Shown piece by piece: positions 44,829-54,444 of a DNA stretch of 64,000 nt. This DNA is from a virus. Numbering within the stretch: position 1 is the first letter of the stretch; each line of letters begins with the position of its first letter. Position numbers and translations under genes: made by a program. Location of the stretch: the IMG/VR virus record IMGVR_UViG_3300035117_000094, positions 1 to 64,000 of that record. One strand, written 5' to 3'. The notes below the pieces were generated by a model. That model was not told where the DNA came from and did no database searches. It worked only from the letters and a program-made list of their open reading frames with translations.

Positions 44829-45083
44829 GTGACGACCCGGAGGAGCGACTGCATCTTTCGCGTCACGCGTTCGAACGGCCGGGTAACTCTCGGCTACAAG
44901 CGTAACCTCACCGCGCAACTCGGCGGCCAGAAGCGCCGTCACTACACGGGCGACATCGTCAAGATCGAGGCCACGAACGCCGACGCTACGATCGGGTGGA
45001 CGGACGTTACCTCCGAGTTCCCGGGAATTTCCCGGCAGCGCAGTCAGTTCCAGGTCATGGAAGACCCGCTAGGAGAGGAGTAG
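44829..45083 (+). CDS. Hypothetical protein
   Basis: Packed ORF. Confidence 0.55.
   Translation: MTTRRSDCIFRVTRSNGRVTLGYKRNLTAQLGGQKRRHYTGDIVKIEATNADATIGWTDVTSEFPGISRQRSQFQVMEDPLGEE
45024..45049 (+). promoter_or_regulatory. ECF-type promoter GGAAT-N18-GTT (intragenic)
   Basis: Exact match near a gene end. Confidence 0.6.
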
Positions 45084-45413
45084 CCCGTGAACATACCCGG
45101 CATGATCATGCAGCTCATGGCCACGCAGTTCGGCGCGGGGTTCATCACGGGCGTGTTCCTGGTGCTGCTCCTCATCTTCGTCCGGAAGGTGCTGTAGCGC
45201 CGTGGGACAGAGGATCGCCAAGGGGCCGCCCCCTGCCAGCGTGCCGCCGCTGACGGCCATGCCCCCGGCCGGAACCCGCTTCCGGCGCGGCGGCTACAGC
45301 TCCGGGGACCGTACCGTGTCACAGCTTCCCCCGCCGCCCCCGTCAGTGTGCGAGGAGCCGGACGACCGTGACTTCCTGGTCGCGCCTGACCTGCCGCCTG
45401 ACCTGGACGTGCC

Positions 45414-45638
45414 GTGACCGCGCCGGCGCCTAGCGACGGGGACAAGTACCTGTGGTGGCAGCGGGGCGCCGAGGACAACGAGAGGATTCACGCCGAGAAG
45501 ATGACCGCCGAGGCACGTGAGCTGTGCATGCTCCTGGAAGACCTCGCGAAGCTCCGCAGCCCTGCTACAGCCCTTGACCTGCTCACCTCAGCGGCCCGTA
45601 TCTACTGCCCGCACGTACTGAAGAGGAAGTACCGCTGA
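45414..45638 (+). CDS. Hypothetical protein
   Basis: Coupled on both sides. Confidence 0.55.
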   Translation: MTAPAPSDGDKYLWWQRGAEDNERIHAEKMTAEARELCMLLEDLAKLRSPATALDLLTSAARIYCPHVLKRKYR

Positions 45639-46489
45639 TGCCCGGCCCCGTGTTCGGCAGCTTCCGGGACGTCATGATGAGCGTGCCTAAGTCGGTGCAC
45701 GGCAACACCCCGTGGGCGGAGGCGTACGGCCGGGAGCAGCGGCGGCTCGTCTCCGACTACGCCGCCCGGGCGCCCCGTTCCCTCCAGAAGCACCTCGGCC
45801 CGTCCGAGCTTGGGGAAGAGTGCGATCGTCAGGTGGTGTTCAAGATGGCGGGCACCCTGGCGAAGACCAACAACGTCTCTGATCCGTGGGCGTCCGTCAT
45901 GGGCACCGCCGGCCACGCCTGGGTCGAGGGGATGTACCACTGGGACAACGCCCGGCGCGTCAGCCTCGGCGGCGTGCCCCGGTGGATCCCCGAGCAGCGC
46001 GTCACCCCCGACCCGGGAGCCAGCCCGCACCCCGGCACCGCCGACCTGTACGACATCCCCTGGCAGTCCCTGGTGGACCACAAGTTCCTCGGCGACAGTT
46101 CGCGGGCCAAGCTGGTCTCCAGGGGGCCGAAGCGCGTCTACAAGGTCCAGCTCCTGCTTTACCGGCGCGGCTACCAGGTGATGGGCCTGCGGGTGGACAG
46201 GATCGTGCTGCTCGCGTGGCCGCGCACCAAGTCCAGCCTCGACGAGCTGTACGTGTGGGAGCACGTGCCCACGGCTGAGGACGAGGAGCTAGTTGACGAC
46301 GTGCTGGAGCGGACGGGCGCCCGGCAGGCAGTCGCGGGGATGGTGAGGGCCGGGACGGTGAGCATCATGGACGTGCCCGCCACCCCGGACGACGATTCCT
46401 GCCACTGGTGCCCGCTGTACCGCCCGCAGGCAGCTTACGACAGCTCCTACGGATGCCCGGGAACCCTGACGAGGAAGGCTGCCGCGTGA
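45638..46489 (+). CDS. Cas4-like PD-(D/E)XK exonuclease
   Basis: GPSELG..CDR, GTAGH, GTADL..VDHK, QL.LY, C-terminal CHWCP..C. Confidence 0.85.
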   Translation: MPGPVFGSFRDVMMSVPKSVHGNTPWAEAYGREQRRLVSDYAARAPRSLQKHLGPSELGEECDRQVVFKMAGTLAKTNNVSDPWASVMGTAGHAWVEGMYHWDNARRVSLGGVPRWIPEQRVTPDPGASPHPGTADLYDIPWQSLVDHKFLGDSSRAKLVSRGPKRVYKVQLLLYRRGYQVMGLRVDRIVLLAWPRTKSSLDELYVWEHVPTAEDEELVDDVLERTGARQAVAGMVRAGTVSIMDVPATPDDDSCHWCPLYRPQAAYDSSYGCPGTLTRKAAA

Positions 46490-46842
46490 ACGGGAAGATT
46501 ACGCACGTCGCTGACGACGGCACGGTGACCGACGTGACCAGCGCCGTGCAGGCGCTCTACGACCTCGCCGTAAGCTCGATGGACTACACGTCGGGCTTCT
46601 GGTCCTACGAGGACGCGGCCCCCGTCGCGGAGCTGGCGAAGCGCTGCGAGTTCCGGGGCTACGAGGGCATCGAGAAGTACGCCCGCGACGAGCTGCACAA
46701 GACGGAGGCCAGCGCATGGCAGCGCGACAACCTCAGCGGCGGCGGGAGCTTCGGTTACGAGTGGCGCGTACCGCACGAGCACGCGTTCTCCGTAGCCGGC
46801 CGGTGCATGTGGCCGGGCTGTTACCAGGAGAAGCCCGCGTGA
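46486..46842 (+). CDS. Hypothetical protein
   Basis: GTGA overlap. Confidence 0.65.
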   Translation: MNGKITHVADDGTVTDVTSAVQALYDLAVSSMDYTSGFWSYEDAAPVAELAKRCEFRGYEGIEKYARDELHKTEASAWQRDNLSGGGSFGYEWRVPHEHAFSVAGRCMWPGCYQEKPA

Positions 46843-47031
46843 GCGGGTTCAGCGAGGCTGTCACGGACCTGAACCGCCGCATGCTGGCCACGTTCGGCAT
46901 CCCGCCGTTCAGCCTCGGGCCGGAGCCGCTGCGATGCCCTGCTGACGGCTGGACCCGGGACAGGTGCCTCGCGGCCTGGGGACGTGACCCGGCGCACGAG
47001 GAGGCTATACGAGAATCCCTCAGCCTGAGCC

Positions 47032-47057
47032 GGAATAACCCCGGGAGCGGGTACGCT
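47032..47057 (+). promoter_or_regulatory. ECF-type promoter variant GGAAT-N18-GCT
   Basis: Upstream of the SSB leader. Confidence 0.7.
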
Positions 47058-47226
47058 GTACATGTCGCGGGATGGCCCTGAGGGACCGGAGCGCGAGCTG
47101 CACGACAAGTGAACCCGGCACAAAGGGCATCCAGGCATTAGAGGGGTAGTGACCCCGCGCCATCAGCCGAGACAGCCGAGACCAGTAGTTCCAGTCAGTC
47201 ACGACAACGCCACGAGAGGCACCCAC

Positions 47227-48375
47227 GTGAATTACCCGCAACAGGGCTACCCCCAGCAGGGATATCCGCAGCAGGGCCAGCCCCAGGGCTACCCGCAGCA
47301 GGCACCTCCTCAGGGCTACCCGCCGCAGGCGCAGCCGCAGTTCCCCCCTCAGGGCCAGCCCCAGGGCTACCCGCAGCAGGCACCTCCCCAGGGTTACCCG
47401 CAGCAGGGCTACCCGCAGCAGGGATTCCCGCAGCAGGGCTACCCGCAGGGCTTCCAGGGCCAGCCGGCTCCCGTCGCTCCCCCGGCCGCGCAGGGCACCG
47501 TCGCCGACGCCTACACCCAGGGCGTCAAGGGCGGGCGCTACGGGCCGGCCGTGAAGTTCGAGCAGCAGGGCAACGAGGCTTACGTCATCATCGCCCGTGA
47601 CGTCCTCGACACCGACGTGGTCCAGGAGACGGACCCGAAGACCCGGATGCCGAAGTTCCAGCGGGACAACGTCACCCCGCGCTGGCAGATGACCCTGCCG
47701 GTGAACCTGAACCCGTCCCCGGCGTTCCCGGAGGGCAAGGGCACGATCTACGCCAAGGGCGGCCTGCTCCAGGCGATCGTCCGGGCGCTGGTCGCCGCCG
47801 GCTATGACGTGCGGAAGGACGAGCGGCTGCACGCCGGGGACATGCTCCACGTCCGCCGCGTCGCCGACCGGCCGACCAACTTCGGCAACGCCGCGCACGA
47901 GTTCGAGGCGACGGTCACCCGGGGCAGCGCCCCCGCCGTCGTTCCCGGCACCGAGGTCACCACAGGCCCCGGGTACCCGGTCGTCCACGAGCCTGTGCCC
48001 GCACCGCCGCAGGGACCGCCGCCCGGCTACGCCCCGCAGCAGTTCCCGCAGGCCGTGGCCGACGCTCAGGCGCAGGCCGCCGCGACCGTGCAGGCGATGC
48101 AGGCGGCAGGCTACCAGGGGCCGGCGTACCAGCCCCCGCAGCAGGCTCAGGCAGCCGGCCTGAATTTCACTCAGCTCCAGGGGACTCCCGCGATTTACCA
48201 GCCCCCGGCACCGGCTCAGCAGGCGCCCGTCCAGCAGGCTCCTGCGGCGCCGGGTGCCCCGGTTCCCGCGACGCCGCTTCAGGCGGTCATCGTCGCCCGG
48301 CTGACGGGGCAGCCCGTCACGGAGCAGATGCTGTCCCTGCTCACCCCCGAGGAGCGGTCCAAGGCAGGGTTCTAG
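47227..48375 (+). CDS. Putative phage ssDNA-binding protein with Q/G/Y/P low-complexity arms
   Basis: Central PAVKF..PRWQ..IYAKG..AI..A..G..L.V domain typical of actinophage SSBs; sits between exonuclease and helicase. Confidence 0.65.
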   Translation: MNYPQQGYPQQGYPQQGQPQGYPQQAPPQGYPPQAQPQFPPQGQPQGYPQQAPPQGYPQQGYPQQGFPQQGYPQGFQGQPAPVAPPAAQGTVADAYTQGVKGGRYGPAVKFEQQGNEAYVIIARDVLDTDVVQETDPKTRMPKFQRDNVTPRWQMTLPVNLNPSPAFPEGKGTIYAKGGLLQAIVRALVAAGYDVRKDERLHAGDMLHVRRVADRPTNFGNAAHEFEATVTRGSAPAVVPGTEVTTGPGYPVVHEPVPAPPQGPPPGYAPQQFPQAVADAQAQAAATVQAMQAAGYQGPAYQPPQQAQAAGLNFTQLQGTPAIYQPPAPAQQAPVQQAPAAPGAPVPATPLQAVIVARLTGQPVTEQMLSLLTPEERSKAGF

Positions 48376-48406
48376 CAACCCGCAGGAGAATCCGGCGCCC
48401 CTGCCG

Positions 48407-48432
48407 GGAATTCCCGGACCATCGTCTGGGTT
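48407..48432 (+). promoter_or_regulatory. ECF-type promoter GGAAT-N18-GTT inside a 15-bp inverted repeat
   Basis: GCGCCCCTGCCGGGA/TCCCGGCAGGGGCGC flank it. Confidence 0.75.
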
Positions 48433-48482
48433 ACTCCCGGCAGGGGCGCTTCCGCTCTCATCGCAGACGAAAGGACAGCCGC

Positions 48483-48695
48483 ATGCACCTCAACTACGCA
48501 CAGCTCGCCTGGCGAATCCTCTACGGCCTCGGTACCGTGCTCATGCTGGCCGCTGTAGTCGTATCCGGCTACCGGCGCGCTCAGAAGGTCGCCGACCGCG
48601 TCACGCCGCCCGCCACGGACGCCGTGATGAACGGGGTCATCGTGTTCAACCTGCTCATCTTCGCCCTCCTCGTCCAGGGGTACCTCCGTGCCTAA
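48483..48695 (+). CDS. Two-TM membrane protein
   Basis: AAGGA SD; hydrophobic. Confidence 0.65.
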   Translation: MHLNYAQLAWRILYGLGTVLMLAAVVVSGYRRAQKVADRVTPPATDAVMNGVIVFNLLIFALLVQGYLRA

Positions 48696-48948
48696 GGTGG
48701 TAGTCCTCCACAAGAGCGACGGGGCCGCGCGGGCAGCCGGCTCGCCAGAGGACGCCACTGAGGTCTTCGAGGGCGTAGCCAGGGTATGGCGCGAGGAAGG
48801 CTGGCTCGTCATCGTCAAGGAGGGCGGCGGCGGTGAGTTCGGCATCAACCGCGATGAGGTCGCCTCGTACTGGCTGGCTGCCGATGACGTGTTCGACGCG
48901 GCGGCAGCGGCGGAGCTGGCCAAGGAGCAGGCGAGGGAGGGCGCGTGA
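48688..48948 (+). CDS. Hypothetical protein
   Basis: Packed ORF. Confidence 0.6.
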   Translation: MPKVVVLHKSDGAARAAGSPEDATEVFEGVARVWREEGWLVIVKEGGGGEFGINRDEVASYWLAADDVFDAAAAAELAKEQAREGA

Positions 48949-50783
48949 TCGTTCCCGTGCTAGGGGAGCTGACGGAGGGCGGCCTGCTGAAGGTCGCCCT
49001 CGGCGGCGGCAACGACTGGGACGCGGAGTTCATGGGCACCCGCCTGCGCAGCCTCACCCCGGCATTCGAGGCGGTGAAGGGCGAGCCGCTGGCCATGACC
49101 ACCGGCCTGTCCTGGGCTGCCGTCAACCAGCTTGCCCGCGCCTTCCCCGGCGCCCGCTCAGAGGCGGACAGCCGGCCGCTAGCCTGGACTCCCGGCCCGC
49201 TGCTGTGCTCGTGGATCATGGGCGAGGCCGTGCGCCGGTCCTGCGAGGGCGACTTCACCGGCCAGCCGCCGGCCCGCGAGCCGATGACCCACCAGGTGGC
49301 CGGCGCCATCGCCATCGGGATGAACGGCCGGTTCCTGCTCGCCGACGAACCCGGGACGGGCAAGACCCAGACCGCCGCGATGGGGCTGGCGGAGCTGGAC
49401 GCCCGGGGCCGCTTCCCCTTCCCGGCGCTCGTCGTCGCGCCCGCCTCCGTCGTTGACTCGTGGCTGGAAGACCTCGCCCTGACCTACCCGGGCTGGAAGG
49501 TGATGCCCTACATGGGGGCGAGCCGGCAGCGGCTGCTCCGGTCCGACGCGCAGGTGCTCGTGACGAGCTGGGAGACCATGCGCAACGACACGGGCGACTC
49601 CCGGACCCCCGGCCCGCTGATGAGGCACGGGTTCAGCTCCCTGGTCGGCGACGAGGCCCACAAGACCTGCAACTACGAGTCCCGCCAGAGCGTCCGGTTC
49701 CGCCGGCTGGCCAGCCACACCCCTGTCGTGATCGAGGCGACCGGCACGCCGACGAACAACAACGCCGGGAACTTCTGGCCGCTGATCAACTCGATGCACC
49801 CCTCGGCGTTCCCCAGCCGTGACCGGTACAAGGAGCACTACTGCCTCGGCCGTCGCGCTGACTACGGCGATACCGAGGTGACGGGCCTGCGGCCGGAGAT
49901 GGAGCCGGAGTTCCGGGCGGTCATGCAGGGCGCGATGCGCCGCGTGGCCAAGGCCGACGTGCTGGCCGAGCTGCCCCCCAAGACGTACCAGACCCGCTGG
50001 ATGGACATCCCGGCGAAGTACCGCCCGGCCTACGACGAAATGGAGGCGGACATGCTGGCGCACCTCCCGGACACGGAGACGCCGCTGACCGCCATGAACA
50101 CCCTCGCCAAGATGATGCGCCTGTCCCAGCTCGCTCACGCCGCCTGCGACGTCGAGGCGTACACGGAGCTGGACGACAACCCTAAGAGCCTCACGTACGG
50201 CCAGGAAGTAGAGAAGCTGAAGGTGACGATGAGGGAGCCGTCCTGGAAGGTGGACGCCCTCATGGAGATCCTGGACGAGCTGCACGAGGGCGACGCCCCG
50301 CTGACCGCGAAGGGCGACGTGGACCGCAGGCGCCTCGTGCACGGCAGCCGGCCCGTCGTCGCGTTCGCGCCGCTGAAGCAGCTCGTGATGCTCGCCGGGG
50401 CGCGAGCCGAGGCACAGGGGTACAAGGTGGGGTACATTGTCGGGGGGATGACCGCCGCAGCCCGGACCGCCACCCGGCATGCCTTCCAGGCGCACGAGCT
50501 GGACCTGCTGTGCGTCACCACGGCGGCCGGGGGCGTCGGCCTTACGCTGACCGCCGCCGACACCGCAGTGTTCCTCATGAGGCCGTGGGGGCTGGTCGAG
50601 GCGACGCAGAGCGAGGACCGGCTGCACAGGCGAGGGCAGACCGGGAACGTGCTGATCATAGACCTCGTCACGCGCAAGTCGATCGAGTCGCGCATCAGGA
50701 CGGCGCTGAAGGGCAAGGCGCAGAACCTGGCGGAACTCGTCCAGGACCCGAGAATCGCACGGGAACTTTTCGGAGGGGCATGA
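48945..50783 (+). CDS. SNF2-family helicase
   Basis: LADEPGTGKT, DEAH, ATGTP, GGVGLTLT, QSEDRLHRRGQ. Confidence 0.93.
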   Translation: MIVPVLGELTEGGLLKVALGGGNDWDAEFMGTRLRSLTPAFEAVKGEPLAMTTGLSWAAVNQLARAFPGARSEADSRPLAWTPGPLLCSWIMGEAVRRSCEGDFTGQPPAREPMTHQVAGAIAIGMNGRFLLADEPGTGKTQTAAMGLAELDARGRFPFPALVVAPASVVDSWLEDLALTYPGWKVMPYMGASRQRLLRSDAQVLVTSWETMRNDTGDSRTPGPLMRHGFSSLVGDEAHKTCNYESRQSVRFRRLASHTPVVIEATGTPTNNNAGNFWPLINSMHPSAFPSRDRYKEHYCLGRRADYGDTEVTGLRPEMEPEFRAVMQGAMRRVAKADVLAELPPKTYQTRWMDIPAKYRPAYDEMEADMLAHLPDTETPLTAMNTLAKMMRLSQLAHAACDVEAYTELDDNPKSLTYGQEVEKLKVTMREPSWKVDALMEILDELHEGDAPLTAKGDVDRRRLVHGSRPVVAFAPLKQLVMLAGARAEAQGYKVGYIVGGMTAAARTATRHAFQAHELDLLCVTTAAGGVGLTLTAADTAVFLMRPWGLVEATQSEDRLHRRGQTGNVLIIDLVTRKSIESRIRTALKGKAQNLAELVQDPRIARELFGGA

Positions 50784-51079
50784 TGGCGGAGATCTACCCG
50801 TGCGGGGGCATCGGAAAGCACATAGGAAACTGCGATTGCCTTAACGCGGACGAGTCCCTGCCCCGCCGGCGCCGGAGGAAGCGCGAGCAGAAGCCCGCCG
50901 ACCGGGGCAAGCCCCCCGCGACCAGCAGCGAGGAGCTGGAGTGGGTCAAGGTGGACTGCCCCAAGTGCCGTGGCGCCAAGAGCGGGCCGTGGGGTCGCGG
51001 GGGCAAGGTCATCACGTGCCCGGAGTGCAAGGGATCCGGCAGCCGCATGACCCAGAAGCCGAAGCCGAAGGAGAAGTGA
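50780..51079 (+). CDS. DnaJ-type zinc-finger protein
   Basis: CPKCRG..CPECKGSG. Confidence 0.65.
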   Translation: MMAEIYPCGGIGKHIGNCDCLNADESLPRRRRRKREQKPADRGKPPATSSEELEWVKVDCPKCRGAKSGPWGRGGKVITCPECKGSGSRMTQKPKPKEK

Positions 51080-51294
51080 TGAGGGTCCGGATGTGGGGCA
51101 GGCCCTCCGTGGAGGAGCAACTGGCGCCGTTCATGGGCAAGGCCGTGACGGTGACGATCCGGATTACGGGCCGGCTAGAGCGCGTCTACGGGGACGAGAT
51201 CCTGGTGGCCGGGCATCGCGGCATGACCCGGTACGTGAAGAAGTCCGATATCGATGAGATCGAGGAGGTTACCCGTGACTTACGTCCGCGATGA
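51079..51294 (+). CDS. Hypothetical protein
   Basis: TGATG coupling. Confidence 0.55.
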   Translation: MRVRMWGRPSVEEQLAPFMGKAVTVTIRITGRLERVYGDEILVAGHRGMTRYVKKSDIDEIEEVTRDLRPR

Positions 51295-51467
51295 CGAGGC
51301 AGCGGCCGAGCTGCGCAGGCGGCTGTCACTCTACGCGCGGCACCAGGGGAGGATGGGGTACCTGTCGCTGCTAGGCCACCTGGGCATGGCCCCGGGGGAG
51401 TTCGACCGCTGGGTGCAGGACGGTATGCTGTCCGAGAGGTGGATCGCCAATCTCAGGAGGATGCCTG

Positions 51468-52067
51468 ATGTCCCTGCCCACGCTGAGGAGCCTGGAGAAG
51501 TACGCAGCGCGCCCGTTCCAGGTCGGCTACCCGGCTGACGACCACGTCACGCTGTACGCGCCCGAGGACAACCTGCACGGCGCGCTGGTGAGCCTCGTAG
51601 GCTCTGCCGAGCACTCCCTCGTCATCGCCATGTACGGCTTCGACGATGATGAGCTGGCGACGGCGATCATGAGCAAGCTGGGAGCGGAGCACGTCTTCGT
51701 GTCCCTGTCGCTCGACTCCACGCAGGCCGCCGGCAAGCACGAGTCCGCACTGCTGGAGCACGCGCGGTTCCCGTCGAACTCCATCGCCTCCGGCCAGTCC
51801 GAGAAGCACGCCATCATGCACCTGAAGACCGTGATCATCGACGGCCTGGACGTGGTCAGCGGGTCCACCAACTGGTCGGACAGCGGCGAGCGGAAGCAGG
51901 ACAACGAGCTGTCCGTCACCCGGCACCCCCTCATCGCCGCCCGCGCCCGGGCCAAGCTCGACATCGTCCACCAGTCCATGCTCCTCCAGATGGCGGCCAG
52001 GGCCAGGGAGCGCCGGAATAACGGGCGGCCAGTCACGGTTACCCCGGAGGAGAACGGCACCCCCTAG
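51468..52067 (+). CDS. Phospholipase D / Nuc-like nuclease
   Basis: Single HKD motif MHLKTVIID..GSTNWS. Confidence 0.88.
   Translation: MSLPTLRSLEKYAARPFQVGYPADDHVTLYAPEDNLHGALVSLVGSAEHSLVIAMYGFDDDELATAIMSKLGAEHVFVSLSLDSTQAAGKHESALLEHARFPSNSIASGQSEKHAIMHLKTVIIDGLDVVSGSTNWSDSGERKQDNELSVTRHPLIAARARAKLDIVHQSMLLQMAARARERRNNGRPVTVTPEENGTP
52015..52040 (+). promoter_or_regulatory. ECF-type promoter GGAAT-N18-GTT
   Basis: Upstream of RNA ligase. Confidence 0.85.
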
Positions 52068-52081
52068 GCACGGAGGCCCTG

Positions 52082-52771
52082 ATGACGGATTTCGGCCCGG
52101 AGTACCCGAAGGTACAGACTGCCTTCCTGCGCGACATGACCGTGAAGGGAAGCCCGGTCCTGCCCGGCCAGTGGACGCTCCCGGAGTTTGCTTACCTCGC
52201 AGACAAGCCGTGGCGGTGGACCGAGAAGGTGGACGGCACCAACACGCGGCTGCACTTCGACGGCGGCCAGGTGACCCTCGGCGGCCGGACGGGCAACGCC
52301 CAGGTTCCCGCGCACCTCATTGACGCCGTCCGGCGCCTCGGCCTGCTCGACGTGGCACGCTGGCAGGAGAAGTTCCCCCTCGTGCCCTTCGACGGCGGCG
52401 TGACCGTCTACGGCGAGGGCTACGGCCCTAAGATCCAGAAGGGCGGTGGCCTGTACCGGGACGACGTGAGCTTCATAGTCTTCGACGTCCGCGTAGGCGA
52501 CTGGTGGCTCCAGCCGGACGCCGTCGAGGACGTGGCCTCGTTCCTCGGCCTGGAGACGGTCCCGTACTGGGGCGACGGTACCCCGCGAGACGTGTGGAAC
52601 GCCATCATGGACGGGGCGCTCATATCTCACTGGCAGGACCGGGGCGTGCGGATCGAGGGACTGGTGGGCACGCCTGCCGTGCCGCTGTACGACCGCCGTG
52701 GCCACCGCCTGGTCATGAAGCTGAAGGTCCGGGACGCGGAGGACTTCCGCAGGGCGCGCGGTGATGCCTGA
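52082..52771 (+). CDS. ATP-dependent RNA ligase (Rnl2-like)
   Basis: Motif I EKVDGTN, III YGE, IIIa FIVFDV, IV EGLV, V KLK. Confidence 0.88.
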   Translation: MTDFGPEYPKVQTAFLRDMTVKGSPVLPGQWTLPEFAYLADKPWRWTEKVDGTNTRLHFDGGQVTLGGRTGNAQVPAHLIDAVRRLGLLDVARWQEKFPLVPFDGGVTVYGEGYGPKIQKGGGLYRDDVSFIVFDVRVGDWWLQPDAVEDVASFLGLETVPYWGDGTPRDVWNAIMDGALISHWQDRGVRIEGLVGTPAVPLYDRRGHRLVMKLKVRDAEDFRRARGDA

Positions 52772-53130
52772 TGGGCGCCTTCGGCCAGCCTGAGGCACCG
52801 CCCGCTCTCGTGCCCGTGCTGATGCTGGACGGCCCGAAGAAGGGCAAGATACACGTCCTCCCCCAGGACGTCGCGATGCTGCACGATGGCGAGGTGTACA
52901 CGATCCCGCGACCCTGGGACGCATCGCTTCCCGACCTGGCGTACACCCGCGTCCGGCAGGTCACCTACTGGTTTTCCGAGGTGGTCGTGCTGGGGCGGCG
53001 GTTCCGGGTAGGGGCGCTGGGAGACGCGCACGGCGCCCCTTCCACGGGCCGGGTTAACGACGCCGCGTGGCTGGTGCTGACCTCGGAGCTGGCCCGGCAG
53101 GCCGAAGACCTCACCGTGAAGATGCGCTAG
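52771..53130 (+). CDS. Hypothetical protein
   Basis: TGATG coupling. Confidence 0.65.
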   Translation: MGAFGQPEAPPALVPVLMLDGPKKGKIHVLPQDVAMLHDGEVYTIPRPWDASLPDLAYTRVRQVTYWFSEVVVLGRRFRVGALGDAHGAPSTGRVNDAAWLVLTSELARQAEDLTVKMR

Positions 53131-53132
53131 CC

Positions 53133-53158
53133 GGAATAACTGGCGGCCAGGGGGCGCT
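53133..53158 (+). promoter_or_regulatory. ECF-type promoter variant GGAAT-N18-GCT
   Basis: Intergenic. Confidence 0.7.
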
Positions 53159-53194
53159 GTGCCCGGGGACGTGATGACGGCGAAGGGAGACGCT

Positions 53195-53482
53195 ATGGCG
53201 AAGCGTGACGGGCAAGGCAGGAAGCGCTACCGGCAGCGGACCAAGCGGCCGGCAGTGCCTGTGGTCAGCACCTCCGTGCTGTTCACCTGTGCTTGCGGGA
53301 AGCAGGCGTACGCTAGCCGGAGGAGCGCTAAGCAGGTATCCCGGGTAGCGTTCCCCGGCCAGGCCATGCGCGCGTACAGGTGCGAGGAGGGCGAAGGCGA
53401 TGCGGCAGTTTATCACCTGACCTCGCTCAGCACGTCTCGCGTGACTGAGAGCCGGTCGTATTTCCAGGGAGGCACGTCATGA
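53195..53482 (+). CDS. Small phage protein (C.CGK.AY..A..RAYRC..YHLTS)
   Basis: Recognisable zinc-binding phage motif. Confidence 0.7.
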   Translation: MAKRDGQGRKRYRQRTKRPAVPVVSTSVLFTCACGKQAYASRRSAKQVSRVAFPGQAMRAYRCEEGEGDAAVYHLTSLSTSRVTESRSYFQGGTS

Positions 53483-53778
53483 TCGGACAGCAGGAAGGCG
53501 ATGACCCGGGCACGCGCATGGAGCAGGCGATAACCGGGCTGACGGCCTGCGCCGCGCTGTACGGGTCCTTGTCCACGGCGATGACGGTGCTCTCCACGGC
53601 TGCGGCGCAGGCGTCTGCGGTGTTCAGCGACCTGGCAGAGGCCCTGCGCGAGGAGCACGAGGGTGAGGAGCACGAGGGCGAGGCGATTTCCGCCGAGGAG
53701 ATTGCCGAGGAAGAGGAAGCGGCGAACAGGGCGCTCACAATGGCGGACGCCTGGGCGGAGGGCTACGATGGCCCTTAA
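53479..53778 (+). CDS. Acidic hypothetical protein
   Basis: GGAGG SD, ATGA overlap. Confidence 0.6.
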   Translation: MIGQQEGDDPGTRMEQAITGLTACAALYGSLSTAMTVLSTAAAQASAVFSDLAEALREEHEGEEHEGEAISAEEIAEEEEAANRALTMADAWAEGYDGP

Positions 53779-54202
53779 TCCTGACGGGCACGAGATCGAG
53801 GTTATCACCGGCCGCAGGAGCGGAACCGGCGCTTCCCGCCAGGGCGAGGCTAACCCGAACGCCGCCCTGAAGGACAGCGAGGCCCGGGAGGTGCGGATCC
53901 TGCGGTCCAACGGCTGGTCGCACCAGGACATCGCCGTGCTGTACGGCATCTCGGTGGGCCGGTCCTCGGAGATCTGCCGGGGCCGGGCGTACGCGGGCGC
54001 CGGAGGCCCGGTGGAGTCCGGCCGCGAGTACCATATCGCCGCCGCGCGCTACACGGGCGATGCCGCCGTCCTGGAGCGGTCAGTGCTGGACCTGCACGGC
54101 CGGGGCCTGTCACAGCGGGCCATCGCAAGTCGCGTGCAGCGCAGCAAGACGCTCGTCGGCGACATCATCCGCGCCAGCCGGAGGGAGGCAGCCGGTGCCT
54201 GA
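53768..54202 (+). CDS. Double-HTH DNA-binding protein
   Basis: GEANPNAAL..SHQDIA..YGIS and GLSQRAIA..SKT.V. Confidence 0.75.
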   Translation: MALNPDGHEIEVITGRRSGTGASRQGEANPNAALKDSEAREVRILRSNGWSHQDIAVLYGISVGRSSEICRGRAYAGAGGPVESGREYHIAAARYTGDAAVLERSVLDLHGRGLSQRAIASRVQRSKTLVGDIIRASRREAAGA

Positions 54203-54416
54203 GGGCGGGGACTACTCCTTTGAGGGGCTGTACCGTGCGCTGGTGGACAAGGAGAAGTCCGGGTTCGGGCAGTGCCGGGAGAAGGCGAAGGAGTACGTTA
54301 AGGCCCGCGTGGCGGCGCTTGAGGCCGAGCGCAAGGGCGTAGGCTGGCTGGACACGTACGGGCGGGGCAGGATGGCCGCGTACGATGACATGCTGAGGTT
54401 CCTGGGCGGCGAGTGA
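54195..54416 (+). CDS. Hypothetical protein
   Basis: GGAGG SD. Confidence 0.6.
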   Translation: MPEGGDYSFEGLYRALVDKEKSGFGQCREKAKEYVKARVAALEAERKGVGWLDTYGRGRMAAYDDMLRFLGGE

Positions 54417-54444
54417 CAGCCCGGCTCCCTGGTACGCTTACGCT

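Noticed and set aside
45638-46489. CRISPR-associated cas4
   Set aside because: Stand-alone phage exonuclease in a replication module; no cas1/cas2 or array
48945-50783. Intein in the helicase, polymerase or primase
   Set aside because: Protein lengths are normal and no C...HN splice motifs were seen
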